The notes under the pieces were generated by a model that worked only from the letters and a program-made list of their open reading frames with translations, had not been told where the DNA came from and searched no databases. Shown here one piece after another: positions 34,501 to 43,693 of a stretch of 44,774 nt of DNA. Position 1 is the stretch's first letter. Every line of letters begins with the position of its first letter. Source of the stretch: Oscillospiraceae bacterium (GTDB lineage Bacteria > Bacillota > Clostridia > Oscillospirales > UBA929); the NCBI GenBank assembly GCA_031255175.1, contig JAIRTA010000058.1, positions 1 through 44,774 of the forward strand, given 5' to 3'. The position numbers and the translations under genes were made by a program.

Positions 34501-37276
34501 CGAGCGGCACGGTGAACCGCGGTATCGCGAGCGAGATGTTGGTGCTGCCCGTGATGCCCGGCGTGGCGGTGTACCTGACGCCGCCGCCAAACGGCAGGAC
34601 CTCCGTGGTGGCGTTGCCGCTGCCGGTCACGCCGGAACTCGTGACAAAGTTGACGAACTGATATTCGGCCGTCTCGCTGCCTTGCGCGACGACGGCGCCG
34701 TCCGCGTCATAGAGCTTGTAGTGGACCGGCTTGGACTCCCCGCTCGTTCTCGTCGGATCCGCAAAATCGCGCACGGCGGCTTTCAGGTCAAAGATCCAGC
34801 CGGTGTCGCGCCCGTTGTTCAGATCGTCCGGCGATACGGGTCTCGTCGAGACCTCATAGTCCCAGATGTCCTCCATGTTGCGCGCCATAAGGTACGTTTT
34901 GCGGGCTATGCCGGAAAGACGGATCATGTCTTGATTTTCAAGCCACGACCCCGACGTCCAGCGGATCAGCTGCAGGGCGATCACGTTGTCGCCGACGTTG
35001 ATATACGGCGTCACGTCAAACTCATGGTGCGTCCATATGTCGGTGGTCCAGCCCACGGCGCGGCCGTTTACCCAGATGTAACACGCGCTCACGCCGTCAA
35101 AGTTTAAGAACACCTCTTTGCCGGCCCAGTCGGCCGGCACCGTGAAGTGCCTCTGGTAGGTGCCGACGCCGTTGTAGTTTGTCGGGGCGGCGGGCGCGGT
35201 CGTGCTGTTGCCGCTGTGATAGTACTGCCACGCGTTTTTGGAGTTTACGTATTGCACCTGATCGTACTTCGCGGTGCCGTCGTCGTTGAAGTTGACCTGC
35301 CAGCTGTTCGGCACCGTGATGTCGTCCCACGCGCCGGCGTCGAAATCCAGCGTGTTAAAATCACGCGGCTCCTGCCCGATACCGGCGGTCGGCCACGGCC
35401 GCTGGCCCGGATTGACGGCGAAGTTGAATTTCCATGTCCCGTTGAGCGGCAGGATATTGGCGGAGTTTGAGACCGTCCCGGCCTCGTCCGCGAACGGGTA
35501 CAGCGTGAAGTTGTCCTTGGCCTTGGCTTCGGTGTCGTACAGATAGTAGTTGGAACGCGGGTTTTCACCGCCCAGCTGGAAAACAAAGCTCGTGGATGAA
35601 TTTGTGGTCCATTCGTTGCCCGTAAACGCCAAGTCGGGCGCCACATACACGATCGTGATTTTATCCGAATCTGCCGCCGCGGGCAGGAAGGTATAATCGG
35701 CAAAGTCCGATATGGAAATTTTTACCTCTTTTGTGGTTGCGATGTTGTCCAAAGCGAGTGACCAGTTTGTGCCGCCGCCGGTCAGGGCGCCTTTCACAAC
35801 CACGTCGGCCGGGTCAACGCCGACCGCAGCCGCGGTCAGCCCGGTGACAGCCGTATCAAAGGTTATGTCGATCTTGCCGGAGCGTATCTTCGCGCCGGCG
35901 TCGCCGTCCGTCGCCGCGCTGAACCTGATGACATCCGGGGGTCTTTTGAAAAGCACGGTCTTGTCGGAGGTGCCGGGCACGAGGGGAACAATGACAAAGT
36001 TGGGGATGTTCCCTATGGTGACGGCGACCTCGCCGGCCTGCGCGTTCAATATTTGCAGCGACCAGTTTTGCCCGCTGCCCGTCACAGCGCCCTTCTCGGC
36101 CGCGCCCGCCGGGCTCAGCGTGATGACCGAGGCCGTCAGCCCGGCGATCGGCTTGTCGAATGTGATGTCGATGCTGTTTGACGTCTCCGTGGGGCTTCCG
36201 TTGGCCGACACCGTGTACATGGCCGTCGCGCCCGCGTACAGCGTGACCTTATCGGCGCCCTCGGGGCCGGCCGTAAAGTCGTAGCCCGGGACGTCCAAAC
36301 CCACGGTGACTTCGCCGGCCACCGCGTCGCTCACCGGAACCGTCCATGTCGTGCCGCCGTCCGACGTCGTCGGCGTGCCTATGGTGGCCGCGCCCGCCGG
36401 GGTCAGCGCGACGTTCGACGCCGTCAGGCCGGTCACCGCCGTGTCGAGGGTCAGCGTGATCTGCGAGGTCGAGGTCACTGCGTCGCCGTTGGCGGCGGCG
36501 CTGAACGTGGCCGGGACGATGTTTCGCTGATATAGGCCGATGTTGTCTATGTAGGTGGTCCACGTCACATTGGACAGGCGCAAGGCCTGTATCTGGATGC
36601 TGTTCAGGGCGCCGGTCCAGATAGAATTGGCGGTGTGTGCGCGGATGGATCCGGCGTTGTTTTTGGGCGCGATGTCAAATTGGATATTCGCCCCTTTTTT
36701 CAGATAGATGTTCACCGTATACCACTGCGTCAGCCCGGTTTGCCCGGTGGGCAAAATCGTCTGCGCGTTCCCGGTCGGCCCCGTGTGATAACCGATGCCG
36801 CCCGATGCCGCCACAAGCGCCAGCAGTATCGCGCCGCCGTTTTCGAACCTGATCTCACCTCTGTTGGTGGAGTTCGGGCTCCCGGGGTACCAATCGAACG
36901 ATATCAGCGCTTCGTCGGACGCGTTCAGCCCGTTCTTGGTGGCGTTGCTGAGGGTCTTGATCGCGTGGCGGTTGCCGCTGACATTGTTCAGGGCCCAAGA
37001 CAGTTTGCGCGTGGTGTTGGCACCGGCGCCGGTCCCGACGGAGGTTGTGACATTGGTCGGGGCAACATAGTTGGCCGCGGGATTCTCGAGCCCCGCGGAC
37101 GAGGCGATGCCGAAGATGTCGTTGGTGGGATTTTCGAAATCGGTGCTCTCTATTTGCATATACCCCGACGGCGGGGTCAGACTGGCCGCCTGCACCGGCA
37201 AAGAAACCGCCGGCAACATCACCATGAGCATGATAAACACAAGCGTTAGACTCAAAGCTTTGCGTGTTCTTAACAT
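31550..37276 (-). CDS. Secreted multimodular glycoside hydrolase family 2 (LacZ-type beta-galactosidase-like)
   Basis: Signal peptide (VQA), LNGTWKF, FDGV, QDMIRLSGI.R, WSAEDPYLY, NAIRMAHYP, acid/base WSAGNES, nucleophile CEYSHAMGNS, GGFIWDWVDQ, small-chain-like RGPEENYVDR. Confidence 0.92.
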   Translation of the reverse strand: MLRTRKALSLTLVFIMLMVMLPAVSLPVQAASLTPPSGYMQIESTDFENPTNDIFGIASSAGLENPAANYVAPTNVTTSVGTGAGANTTRKLSWALNNVSGNRHAIKTLSNATKNGLNASDEALISFDWYPGSPNSTNRGEIRFENGGAILLALVAASGGIGYHTGPTGNAQTILPTGQTGLTQWYTVNIYLKKGANIQFDIAPKNNAGSIRAHTANSIWTGALNSIQIQALRLSNVTWTTYIDNIGLYQRNIVPATFSAAANGDAVTSTSQITLTLDTAVTGLTASNVALTPAGAATIGTPTTSDGGTTWTVPVSDAVAGEVTVGLDVPGYDFTAGPEGADKVTLYAGATAMYTVSANGSPTETSNSIDITFDKPIAGLTASVITLSPAGAAEKGAVTGSGQNWSLQILNAQAGEVAVTIGNIPNFVIVPLVPGTSDKTVLFKRPPDVIRFSAATDGDAGAKIRSGKIDITFDTAVTGLTAAAVGVDPADVVVKGALTGGGTNWSLALDNIATTKEVKISISDFADYTFLPAAADSDKITIVYVAPDLAFTGNEWTTNSSTSFVFQLGGENPRSNYYLYDTEAKAKDNFTLYPFADEAGTVSNSANILPLNGTWKFNFAVNPGQRPWPTAGIGQEPRDFNTLDFDAGAWDDITVPNSWQVNFNDDGTAKYDQVQYVNSKNAWQYYHSGNSTTAPAAPTNYNGVGTYQRHFTVPADWAGKEVFLNFDGVSACYIWVNGRAVGWTTDIWTHHEFDVTPYINVGDNVIALQLIRWTSGSWLENQDMIRLSGIARKTYLMARNMEDIWDYEVSTRPVSPDDLNNGRDTGWIFDLKAAVRDFADPTRTSGESKPVHYKLYDADGAVVAQGSETAEYQFVNFVTSSGVTGSGNATTEVLPFGGGVRYTATPGITGSTNISLAIPRFTVPLANPHLWSAEDPYLYKLVMYVDNGAQTEYTCVRVGFKYTTYVNAPNTHTLSGGVYTASAGSYWLVNGKRLTFYGTNLHETNPDTGYAMTLDLIRRDETLMKLNNVNAIRMAHYPHDTRFYDVADELGIYVMDEANHESHNSTGNSTSAVFSQTLRDRMLNMYERDKNMACVVAWSAGNESSMNATSAPYSIWTLKARENELNGLLGSGGRPTHAQYAQSYADMWAGMYPSYGSFDSPSQSKIMINCEYSHAMGNSLGNMDTYVAIAEGNSYSAGGFIWDWVDQSVKTPVPPSSAVTGVRGDRSGDGTFFGYDGDWGNSSGDLDFGANGVILADRTPKPHAAEVRRLYQRLKVTASGAPTATSVGFTVKNSFMHTNASAYDMTWQLYENGTVIREGAGVLDVAPEPYAIANEKHTAKTFTQEFDAVTTKPGAEYFFNIQFHQREATQWAEKGYVVAANQLPLTTGAFAPVAKPVVPMTVDQISVAGTGGETDGTIEITGPDGLFAYTFDKAAGTFTDMSFKGRRFATLGYEPNFYMPVTDNQAGEAYSGGSNGSSAVELIKWKQSGASRTQTATTYSTATTYANYVEIVNTSANTSSPLSVTMTTTYKVYPTGEINVSEHYVFGATPVGGRYIMNVIGGYMKLVPGMENITYFARGPEENYVDRRTGTDVGVYSTTVSKNYVEYITSQDTGERLDTRWAAVTDDTGFGVVMKAGQFAANNLFTGNASAYNPAEAPYNMASLVEFNALHYSPTQFGDARQKHPYQVYDEFGRNDASLPTYLYVDVASRGRGADTSWGTQAIPKGVYILNALGKTVDYNFSILPVDDFDADAAMTFSKTQRSAYRNAKDLMPVALAVGVDAGDPAYAAADALTSAAAELAAVNVYNALYAAVEDAKSFQVRIDGATATASVVLDSAPPAGANIILAFYGEDGRLTGVATDLQTVAAGDLVRAVCTAAVPAGSASAAAYYWGADYVPLSQPAPSVSID

Positions 37277-37577
37277 GACATTCTCTCCTTCTCATCTTTG
37301 CACACCTGTTTTGGCCGCCCACGGCCGGACGGACGCACCGGCGCGGTCTTCGCGGCGTCCAACCGCCCGACAAGCGGGCACCACTCCGGAACGGGGCCGC
37401 CTGCACAAGCAGCCTCGCCGACGGCTGCTCCCTCTGCACAGGGCGCGGCCGCTTCGCTTCCGGACATATTCCGTGCCCCATTGGACTGCGGCGCCTTTGG
37501 CCGCTCCCCGCGCAACCCGCCGTGTGACAGGTGCGGGAGAGACGCCCGCGCGTGTATCGGGGGCATCGGTGTTTTCG

Positions 37578-37606
37578 ATTGTATTACACAGAACTCCCAA
37601 AGTCAA
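37578..37606 (-). promoter_or_regulatory. Sigma-A promoter of the GH2 gene
   Basis: TTGACT (37606-37601), 17 bp, TACAAT (37583-37578). Confidence 0.7.
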
Positions 37607-37614
37607 GGGAGGAA

Positions 37615-37668
37615 CAACGCCCCGGGGGCAACGCAGACCGTCTTGGTCGCGTTGCCCCCGGGGCGTTG
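37615..37668 (-). terminator. Long GC hairpin after the AraC gene
   Basis: 20-bp perfect stem CAACGCCCCGGGGGCAACGC / GCGTTGCCCCCGGGGCGTTG. Confidence 0.55.
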
Positions 37669-37690
37669 CATTTTGCCGGGTCGAATTTCC

Positions 37691-38542
37691 TCACGAGAGG
37701 GCCGCCGCGCGGGCCGAGTGGAATGTCCGGCGGAACCTGTCCGGCGGCATGGTGGCAAAGCGCTTGAAGTCCCGGATGAGGTGCGCCTGGTCGAAGTACC
37801 CGTTGTTGAACACGAGGGACGAAACCCCGATGTTTTTCTCCTTCAAGAGGTCTTTGAGCACGCTCTGAAACCGCATGACGCCGCTGTACTGCTTGGGGGA
37901 GCACCCGTGCGTCTCTTTGAAACGCTCCCGGCAGTAACGTTCGGAATAGCCCGTGACCTGCCGCATGTTGTTAAAAAGGACATTGCCCCGGGAGGAGCAG
38001 ATCATCATCGTGAAATAGTCGATGAACGTGGGGTCGTAGTCGTGGTCTGTCATGTGCTGGTCGGCAAACGCGCAAAACAGACGAATCCGCTCGTCAAAAT
38101 CGCCGGTCGCGCGCATCTGCGCCAGCAGTTCCTCCGCCATAGGGTAGGCCTTGCTGAAGGGCACGGCGGAATCGGCGAGTTCGCTCAGTTTGAACCGCGC
38201 GCATTTGAGGCCGAGGTTTGAGTATGGTTTGAACCCGAAATATTCGGTGTCCGGCTTGACGGTGAGCATCTTGTGCTCGAAGAACGCGCCCGAGAACAAC
38301 GCGTCGGGCTCCCGGTCGTTACACTCGATGAGGACATTGAGACACGCATCCGGCAGAATGCGGATCTGGCACAACTCCGGATTGGGGCTGGAGCGGAACT
38401 GGTAACAGAGCGCACCCTTTTTGATGCCGACTTTGTTCCAGTCGATCACCCTCTCCCGGTAATCCAAAACCCGGATGTTGAGAAGAGGCTGGAAGGGGGG
38501 GGTATTGTCCTGAAGATCTCGAAGAACATTTGCCACAATCAT
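37691..38542 (-). CDS. AraC family transcriptional regulator (DUF6597-like N-terminus)
   Basis: ILPDAC, C-terminal TGYSERY.RERFKETHG.SPKQY..VMRFQ and GYFDQAHLIRDFKRF helix-turn-helix. Confidence 0.9.
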   Translation of the reverse strand: MIVANVLRDLQDNTPPFQPLLNIRVLDYRERVIDWNKVGIKKGALCYQFRSSPNPELCQIRILPDACLNVLIECNDREPDALFSGAFFEHKMLTVKPDTEYFGFKPYSNLGLKCARFKLSELADSAVPFSKAYPMAEELLAQMRATGDFDERIRLFCAFADQHMTDHDYDPTFIDYFTMMICSSRGNVLFNNMRQVTGYSERYCRERFKETHGCSPKQYSGVMRFQSVLKDLLKEKNIGVSSLVFNNGYFDQAHLIRDFKRFATMPPDRFRRTFHSARAAALS

Positions 38543-38684
38543 TCATCGTCACTCTTTTTCTGTAGTCTCGCGGACATGAAAACCCTGTCCGCGGCGGCGG
38601 GAAAAAGGTCCGCCCTTGTCTCGCCGATCGCCCTCTCGAGCGACAACACCCGGACGGCATTCAGGATCCGACCTTTATACTATG

Positions 38685-38713
38685 ATTTTACCTGATCCGC
38701 CGCAAAAAATCAA
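38685..38713 (-). promoter_or_regulatory. Probable sigma-A promoter of the AraC gene
   Basis: TTGATT (38713-38708), 17 bp, TAAAAT (38690-38685). Confidence 0.6.
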
Positions 38714-38832
38714 GTCGGAAAGCCCAAATTTCCCCAGAAAATATCCGGCGGTGCCCCCATCAGATGGTAAAAATTTCAATTTTTCGCGCTTTCCGCCCCC
38801 TCACAACGCCACATTTTGGGCGGATATTGTAA

Positions 38833-38863
38833 AAATGGGAGGCGCAAAGCGCGCCTCCCATTT
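38833..38863. terminator. Intrinsic terminator-like hairpin, possibly bidirectional
   Basis: AAATGGGAGGCGC-AAAGC-GCGCCTCCCATTT with T-rich flanks on both strands. Confidence 0.55.
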
Positions 38864-38979
38864 GTGTTTTTCACATTTCTCTTTCATTTTTAACTTATTT
38901 TTCATATAATTCCGAAATTTTATATGAAAAAGTCCGTTTTTTGCAATCAAAATTATCATTTTTGTGTTACACTATGAAC

Positions 38980-39236
38980 AGATCACCAAAGTATACAAAA
39001 AGAAGATTCACGCGATGCGTTTTTCAGACGAAGGCTTACTGTTCTAAAAATTTCCTGTTCGGCCGCAAACGCCGCCTCCCGGGCAGTTCCGGCACCCCGC
39101 GCGGTTTGCGCACTGGGACCGCGTTTGACGCGCAAACCGTCACATTGCTTTCTTTCTTAATCTTCTTATATTTCCCTTCCTCTTAACAGAGCTGTCCGGA
39201 CAGGCGCCATGCCTTCGAGACAGCTCTCTTTTTCTT
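38980..39236 (+). ncRNA. Candidate small regulatory RNA
   Basis: Extended -10 TGtTACACT (38965-38973), internal hairpins, C/U-rich tract, terminator AGAGCTGTC...GACAGCTCT + CTTTTTCTT; no credible plus-strand CDS. Confidence 0.45.
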
Positions 39237-39345
39237 GGCGCGCGCGGGCGGCGCCTTCGCCGCGCCGCGCCGCCCAAGTGTTGAGAGCCGTGTTTTATCT
39301 TCGAAAATGCGAAAAACGCGCCGACAAAACAGCCGGGGGCGACTG

Positions 39346-40743
39346 TCAGTCGCCGTACACCGCCAGGGCGGCGCGGTAGGTCTCAAAAAGATCCAGCTTG
39401 GAGATGATCTCGAACGGGCTGTGCATCGAGAGCACCGGCACGCCGGCGTCCACGACCTCGATGTTGCGCTGCGCCATATAGACGGCCACCGTGCCGCCGC
39501 CGCCCTGGTCCACCTTGCCCAGTTCCCCGAACTGGTAGCGGATGCCGCCGCGTTCCAGCAGACCGCGCAGCCGGCCGACAGTCTCCGCCGAGGCGTCGGA
39601 GGCGCCGGCTTTGCCGCGCACGCCCGTGTACTTCATGAGGCCGAGCCCGTAATTCAGCCTGTGGGCGTTGGTCTTGTCCGACACCTCCGGGTAATTGGGG
39701 TCGAACGCGTTGCAGACGTCGGCCGACAGACAGAACGAAGATGCGAAACATGCCCCGAGCGGCACACCCTGCTCGGCGCACAGGTCGGCCATCAGGGTGT
39801 CGAAGGCGGCGCTGCGCATCCCGGTCACGCCCTCCGAGCCGATCTCTTCCTTGTCGGCCAGCAGGCAGACCGCCGTGTGCTCCGGGGCGGCGTCGAGATC
39901 CAGCAGCGCGCGCAGGGCAACAAAGCCGCACACGCGGTCGTCGTGCCCGTACCCGCCGATCAGCGAGGCGTCCAGCCCCACGTCGCGGGCGGGCAGCGCG
40001 GGCACAAGAGAGAGCTCCGCGGAGAGGAAATCCGCCTCTGTGATGCCGTACCGCCGGTGAAGCAGCGCCAGCACCGCGAGTTTGACGCGCGACTCCCCTG
40101 TCTCGGCGTCCGGGCGCGTGCCGATGAGCACGTTGAGACTCTCGCCGGTGATGGCCTCCCGGAGGTTCTTTTTCATCTGATCCCCGGCCAGATGGGGCAG
40201 CAGATCGGTGATCGTGAAGACAGGGTCATCCGGCGCGGCGCCGACGGACACCGGCACCGCGGTGCCGTCCGCCTTGACCACGACGCCGTGCAATTCCAGC
40301 GGCAGCGCCACCCACTGGTATTTTTTGATGCCGCCGTAATAATGGGTCTTCAGCAGAACCGTCTCGCTGTCCTCATAGAGCGGGCGCGGTTTCACGTCCA
40401 GCCGCGGCGCGTCGATGTGCGCGGCCACGAGGCGTATGCCCTCCTCCAGCCCGCGCCGGCCCACGACGATCAGCGTGACCGCCTTGTCCCGGTTTACATG
40501 GTAGAGTTTGTCGCCCGGGCGCACGGTCAGGCCCCGCCGGTAAGCCGAGAAGCCCCGCGCCTCGGCGCGGCGTACCGCCTCCGCGGCCGACAGCCGCTCG
40601 GTCTTCCCCACGGTCAGAAATTGTTTGTAGTCCTCCCCCAGCGCTTGCGCGCGGTCCCACTGGCCGTCTTCCAGTGTGTCAAATCCGTTCTTTGGCTGGT
40701 AAAACAGCGCCTCGCGGCGCGGACTTTTGCTCGTCTCAGACAT
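39346..40743 (-). CDS. apeA: M18 family aminopeptidase (ApeA-like)
   Basis: AAHIDAPRLD, LKTHYYGGIKKYQW, YGHDDR, DKEEIGS, KYTG.RGK.G.SDA, GKVDQGGGGT, SMHSPFE. Confidence 0.9.
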   Translation of the reverse strand: MSETSKSPRREALFYQPKNGFDTLEDGQWDRAQALGEDYKQFLTVGKTERLSAAEAVRRAEARGFSAYRRGLTVRPGDKLYHVNRDKAVTLIVVGRRGLEEGIRLVAAHIDAPRLDVKPRPLYEDSETVLLKTHYYGGIKKYQWVALPLELHGVVVKADGTAVPVSVGAAPDDPVFTITDLLPHLAGDQMKKNLREAITGESLNVLIGTRPDAETGESRVKLAVLALLHRRYGITEADFLSAELSLVPALPARDVGLDASLIGGYGHDDRVCGFVALRALLDLDAAPEHTAVCLLADKEEIGSEGVTGMRSAAFDTLMADLCAEQGVPLGACFASSFCLSADVCNAFDPNYPEVSDKTNAHRLNYGLGLMKYTGVRGKAGASDASAETVGRLRGLLERGGIRYQFGELGKVDQGGGGTVAVYMAQRNIEVVDAGVPVLSMHSPFEIISKLDLFETYRAALAVYGD

Positions 40744-40795
40744 GTTCAGGGCCCCTTTCTCTCAAACGCGGCGTGGCCGTGATTGATCTATTGCG

Positions 40796-40839
40796 TTGAC
40801 TGTCAATTGACTGTCAATTGATTGTTAATCGACTGTTAG
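40796..40839. repeat. Four tandem 11-bp palindromic units
   Basis: TTGACTGTCAA TTGACTGTCAA TTGATTGTTAA TCGACTGTTAG. Confidence 0.8.
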
Positions 40840-41435
40840 TTGGAATAATTTTCCAAAATTTGATGATAGAGCGTTTCGGCGGCGCGGACGAGGGCGTCCG
40901 GGTCCGCGTTGTTTTCGAGGACAAAATCACAGCGGGCGCGGTAGTCCTCATCGCGCCGCCCGGCGGCCACGCGGGCCCGCGCGTAAGAGGCATCCACACC
41001 ATCCCGCGCGACGATGCGCGCCAGCCGGGCCTCAAACGGCGCCAGTACGCACACCACCGCCGCGCAGCGCGCGGCCAGCGACCCGTCGAGCAGCGCCACG
41101 GCGTCCACGGCAGCCGCCCGGTACCCGCCGCGCCGCACCGCCGCCAGCAGATCTTCGATCTCCCGGATGACGGCGCCGTGGGTGAGCGCTTCCAGGGCGC
41201 GCCGCCGCGCCGCGTCGGCGAAGACGAGACGGCCCAGCGCTTTGCGGTCCAGCCGGCCGTCGAAAAACGCCGCCGGGAACGCGCACCGAATGGCCTCCAC
41301 CAGGGCCGCGTCCGTCCGCAGCAGGCGGTGGTACACCTCGTCGGCGTCGATGCAATACGCGCCGAGGCCGGCCCACACGGCCATCACCGTACTCTTTCCC
41401 GTGCCGGACCCGCCGGTCAGTCCGATGACAATCAT
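40836..41435 (-). CDS. coaE: Dephospho-CoA kinase
   Basis: MIVIGLTGGSGTGKST, IDAD, LDRKALGRLVF, LEALTH, RIVARD; true start 41435 (the ORF-track extension is spurious). Confidence 0.93.
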   Translation of the reverse strand: MIVIGLTGGSGTGKSTVMAVWAGLGAYCIDADEVYHRLLRTDAALVEAIRCAFPAAFFDGRLDRKALGRLVFADAARRRALEALTHGAVIREIEDLLAAVRRGGYRAAAVDAVALLDGSLAARCAAVVCVLAPFEARLARIVARDGVDASYARARVAAGRRDEDYRARCDFVLENNADPDALVRAAETLYHQILENYSN

Positions 41436-41500
41436 CCCCGGCCATCTCCCAAAATCAACATTTTCCCGCCCCGCCGCGGCCGTTTCGCGGCCGCAGGGCG

Positions 41501-42529
41501 CTATACGTCCCGCGTCTGAAACCCCGCGGCCTTGCGCAGGCGATTCCGGACCGCGGCCTCCACGCCGCCGCCCTCGGGGCAACGGGCAAAAAGCTGCCGC
41601 GCGTTCAGCGCGTCGAGCCGGCGCAGCGCGTCGAAGAGCGAACGGGCCAGCGAGAGCGGGTCGGACCGCGACCCGTAGCTCACCCGGGCAAGACCCGCGA
41701 AATCGTTCCACTCCTCGTCGAAGCAGAGCACGGCCACGGGTCCGGGCCGGCTGCGGGCATAGTCCGCGGCCCGAACGGCCGGACCGCGCAGGATGGTGAG
41801 CGGCGCGCGCGGGGCATAGTGGCGATATTTCATACCGGGCGCGCTGGGGGTCTCGCCGTCGGCCGGTTCCCCCCGCACCGCCGGATCGACCACCAGGTTG
41901 GGGATCACCTCGCAGAGCGACTCCCGCGTGACGCCGCCCGGCCGGAGCAGTCTCGGCGGGTGGTGCGCCACGCTCACCACGGTGGATTCGATGCCCCACT
42001 GGCAGGGGCCGCCGTCTAAAATGGCGTCGATCAGCCCCTCAAAATCCGCCCGGACATGGTCCGCCGTGGTGGGGCTGGGCCGGCCCGACAGATTGGCGGA
42101 GGGCGCGGCCAGCGGCGTCCCCGCCGCCCGGATGACCGCGCGGGCGGCCGGCAGGGCGGGCAGACGGACCGCCACGGTGGACAGCCCGGCCGTCACCGCG
42201 TCGGGCACGATGGCGCGCCGGGGCAGCACCAGCGTGAGCGGACCGGGCCAAAAACGCTGCGCCAGCGCCAGCGCGGCCGGCGGAATCTCCCGGCACAGCG
42301 CCGTCAGTGCCTCCGGCTCGGCGATGTGGACAATGAGGGGGTTGTCCGCCGGACGTCCTTTGGCCTCAAAGATGCGAACCACGGCGGATGCGTCCAGAGC
42401 GTTGGCCGCGAGGCCGTACACCGTCTCGGTGGGCATCGCGACCAACCGGCCCGCGCGCAGCAGCCGGCCCGCGGCAGCGATGTCGTCCGGCGAAGACGCC
42501 GTCAAATGCACGGTGTGGATCCGGCTCAT
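41501..42529 (-). CDS. tsaC: L-threonylcarbamoyladenylate synthase (Sua5 type)
   Basis: [64 protein letters not shown]. Confidence 0.95.
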   Translation of the reverse strand: MSRIHTVHLTASSPDDIAAAGRLLRAGRLVAMPTETVYGLAANALDASAVVRIFEAKGRPADNPLIVHIAEPEALTALCREIPPAALALAQRFWPGPLTLVLPRRAIVPDAVTAGLSTVAVRLPALPAARAVIRAAGTPLAAPSANLSGRPSPTTADHVRADFEGLIDAILDGGPCQWGIESTVVSVAHHPPRLLRPGGVTRESLCEVIPNLVVDPAVRGEPADGETPSAPGMKYRHYAPRAPLTILRGPAVRAADYARSRPGPVAVLCFDEEWNDFAGLARVSYGSRSDPLSLARSLFDALRRLDALNARQLFARCPEGGGVEAAVRNRLRKAAGFQTRDV

Positions 42530-43599
42530 GTGTCCTCCTGCGCGCGCAGCTTGTCCGCCTGGTCGGCGGTGATCAGCGCATCCATGATCTCGTCCAGGTC
42601 TCCCGTCAAAACGGCGTCGATCTTGTAGAGCGTGAGGCCGATGCGGTGGTCCGTGACGCGCCCCTGCGGGAAGTTGTAGGTGCGGATGCGTTCGGAACGG
42701 TCCCCCGTGCCCACCTGGCTCTTGCGGTCGGAGGCGATGAGCGCCTCCTGCTCGGCCCGTTTCTGCTCCAGCAGCCGGGAACGGAGAATCTTCATGGCCC
42801 TGTCCCGGTTCTTATGCTGGCTGCGTTCGTCCTGACACTCGACGACGATGCCGGTCGGCAAATGCGTGATGCGAATGGCGCTTTCGGTCTTGTTGACATG
42901 CTGCCCGCCGGCGCCGCCGGCGCGGTAGGTGTCTGTCTGCAGGTCGGCGGGGTTTACCTCAATGTCCACCTCTTCGGCCTCCGGCAGCACCGCCACCGTG
43001 ACGGTGGACGTGTGAATGCGGCCGGACGCCTCGGTGTCGGGCACCCTCTGCACGCGGTGGACGCCGCTTTCAAATTTGAGGCGCGAATACACGCCGACGC
43101 CCTCGATCATAAAGCTGATCTCCTTGACGCCGCCAAGCTCGGTCTCGTTCAGACTCAGGACATCCGTCTTCCAGCGCCGCCGTTCGGCGTACATGGTGTA
43201 CATGCGCCACAACGAAGCGGCAAACAGCGCCGCCTCCTCACCGCCGGCGCCGCCGCGGATCTCGACGATGACGTTTTTGTCGTCGTTCGGGTCGTGGGGG
43301 AGCAACAGCACGCGGATCTGCGCAAGCAGCGCCCCCCGCCGGGCGCGCGCGTCGTCAAATTCCTCCTGGGCCAGCGTCCGCAGGTCGGCATCCTGAGAGC
43401 CCTCCAAGATCTCCCGCGCGTCGGCCGCCTGCTGTTCACAGGCGGCATAGGCCCGGTAGGCCTCGACGACGGGTGCGATCTCTTTTTGCTCCTTCAGCAA
43501 TTTCGTCACGCGCGGCCGGTCGGCAAAGATCTCCGGCGTGGTCAGCAGCTGCGAGATCTCCTCGTCACGCTGCGCAAGCAATTTCAGTTTTTCCAGCAT
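42526..43599 (-). CDS. prfA: Peptide chain release factor 1
   Basis: [24 protein letters not shown] (PxT motif of RF1), [28 protein letters not shown]; start at 43599. Confidence 0.97.
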   Translation of the reverse strand: MLEKLKLLAQRDEEISQLLTTPEIFADRPRVTKLLKEQKEIAPVVEAYRAYAACEQQAADAREILEGSQDADLRTLAQEEFDDARARRGALLAQIRVLLLPHDPNDDKNVIVEIRGGAGGEEAALFAASLWRMYTMYAERRRWKTDVLSLNETELGGVKEISFMIEGVGVYSRLKFESGVHRVQRVPDTEASGRIHTSTVTVAVLPEAEEVDIEVNPADLQTDTYRAGGAGGQHVNKTESAIRITHLPTGIVVECQDERSQHKNRDRAMKILRSRLLEQKRAEQEALIASDRKSQVGTGDRSERIRTYNFPQGRVTDHRIGLTLYKIDAVLTGDLDEIMDALITADQADKLRAQEDT

Positions 43600-43693
43600 A
43601 GGCCGCCTCTCATACAGATAATTCCCATACAGTATATCACGTCCCGCGCCGCGAGGGAAGCACCAAAGCCCGCGCCCGGGGGCGATCGGCCGC

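Noticed and set aside
32225-35107. 960-aa plus-strand ORF, and similar long ORFs at 11133-13109, 18372-19706, 20942-23125, 39235-40782 and 42388-43776
   Set aside because: Antisense shadows of well-supported minus-strand genes; high GC3 suppresses stops; Arg/Gly/Val-rich with no motifs or RBS.
37380-37500. c-di-GMP-II riboswitch in the GH2 leader (GGGCAC...GTGGTGC resemblance)
   Set aside because: Spacing and flanking consensus do not fit; GGGCAC simply pairs with GTGCCC in a long stem.
38941-39186. 81-aa plus-strand ORF in the AraC / aminopeptidase gap
   Set aside because: No RBS, its starts lie within or beside the promoter elements, and the composition is not protein-like; an ncRNA reading is preferred.
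41436-41999. 387-aa version of coaE
   Set aside because: The extension overlaps tsaC in another frame; CoaE homology starts at MIVIGLTGG (41435).
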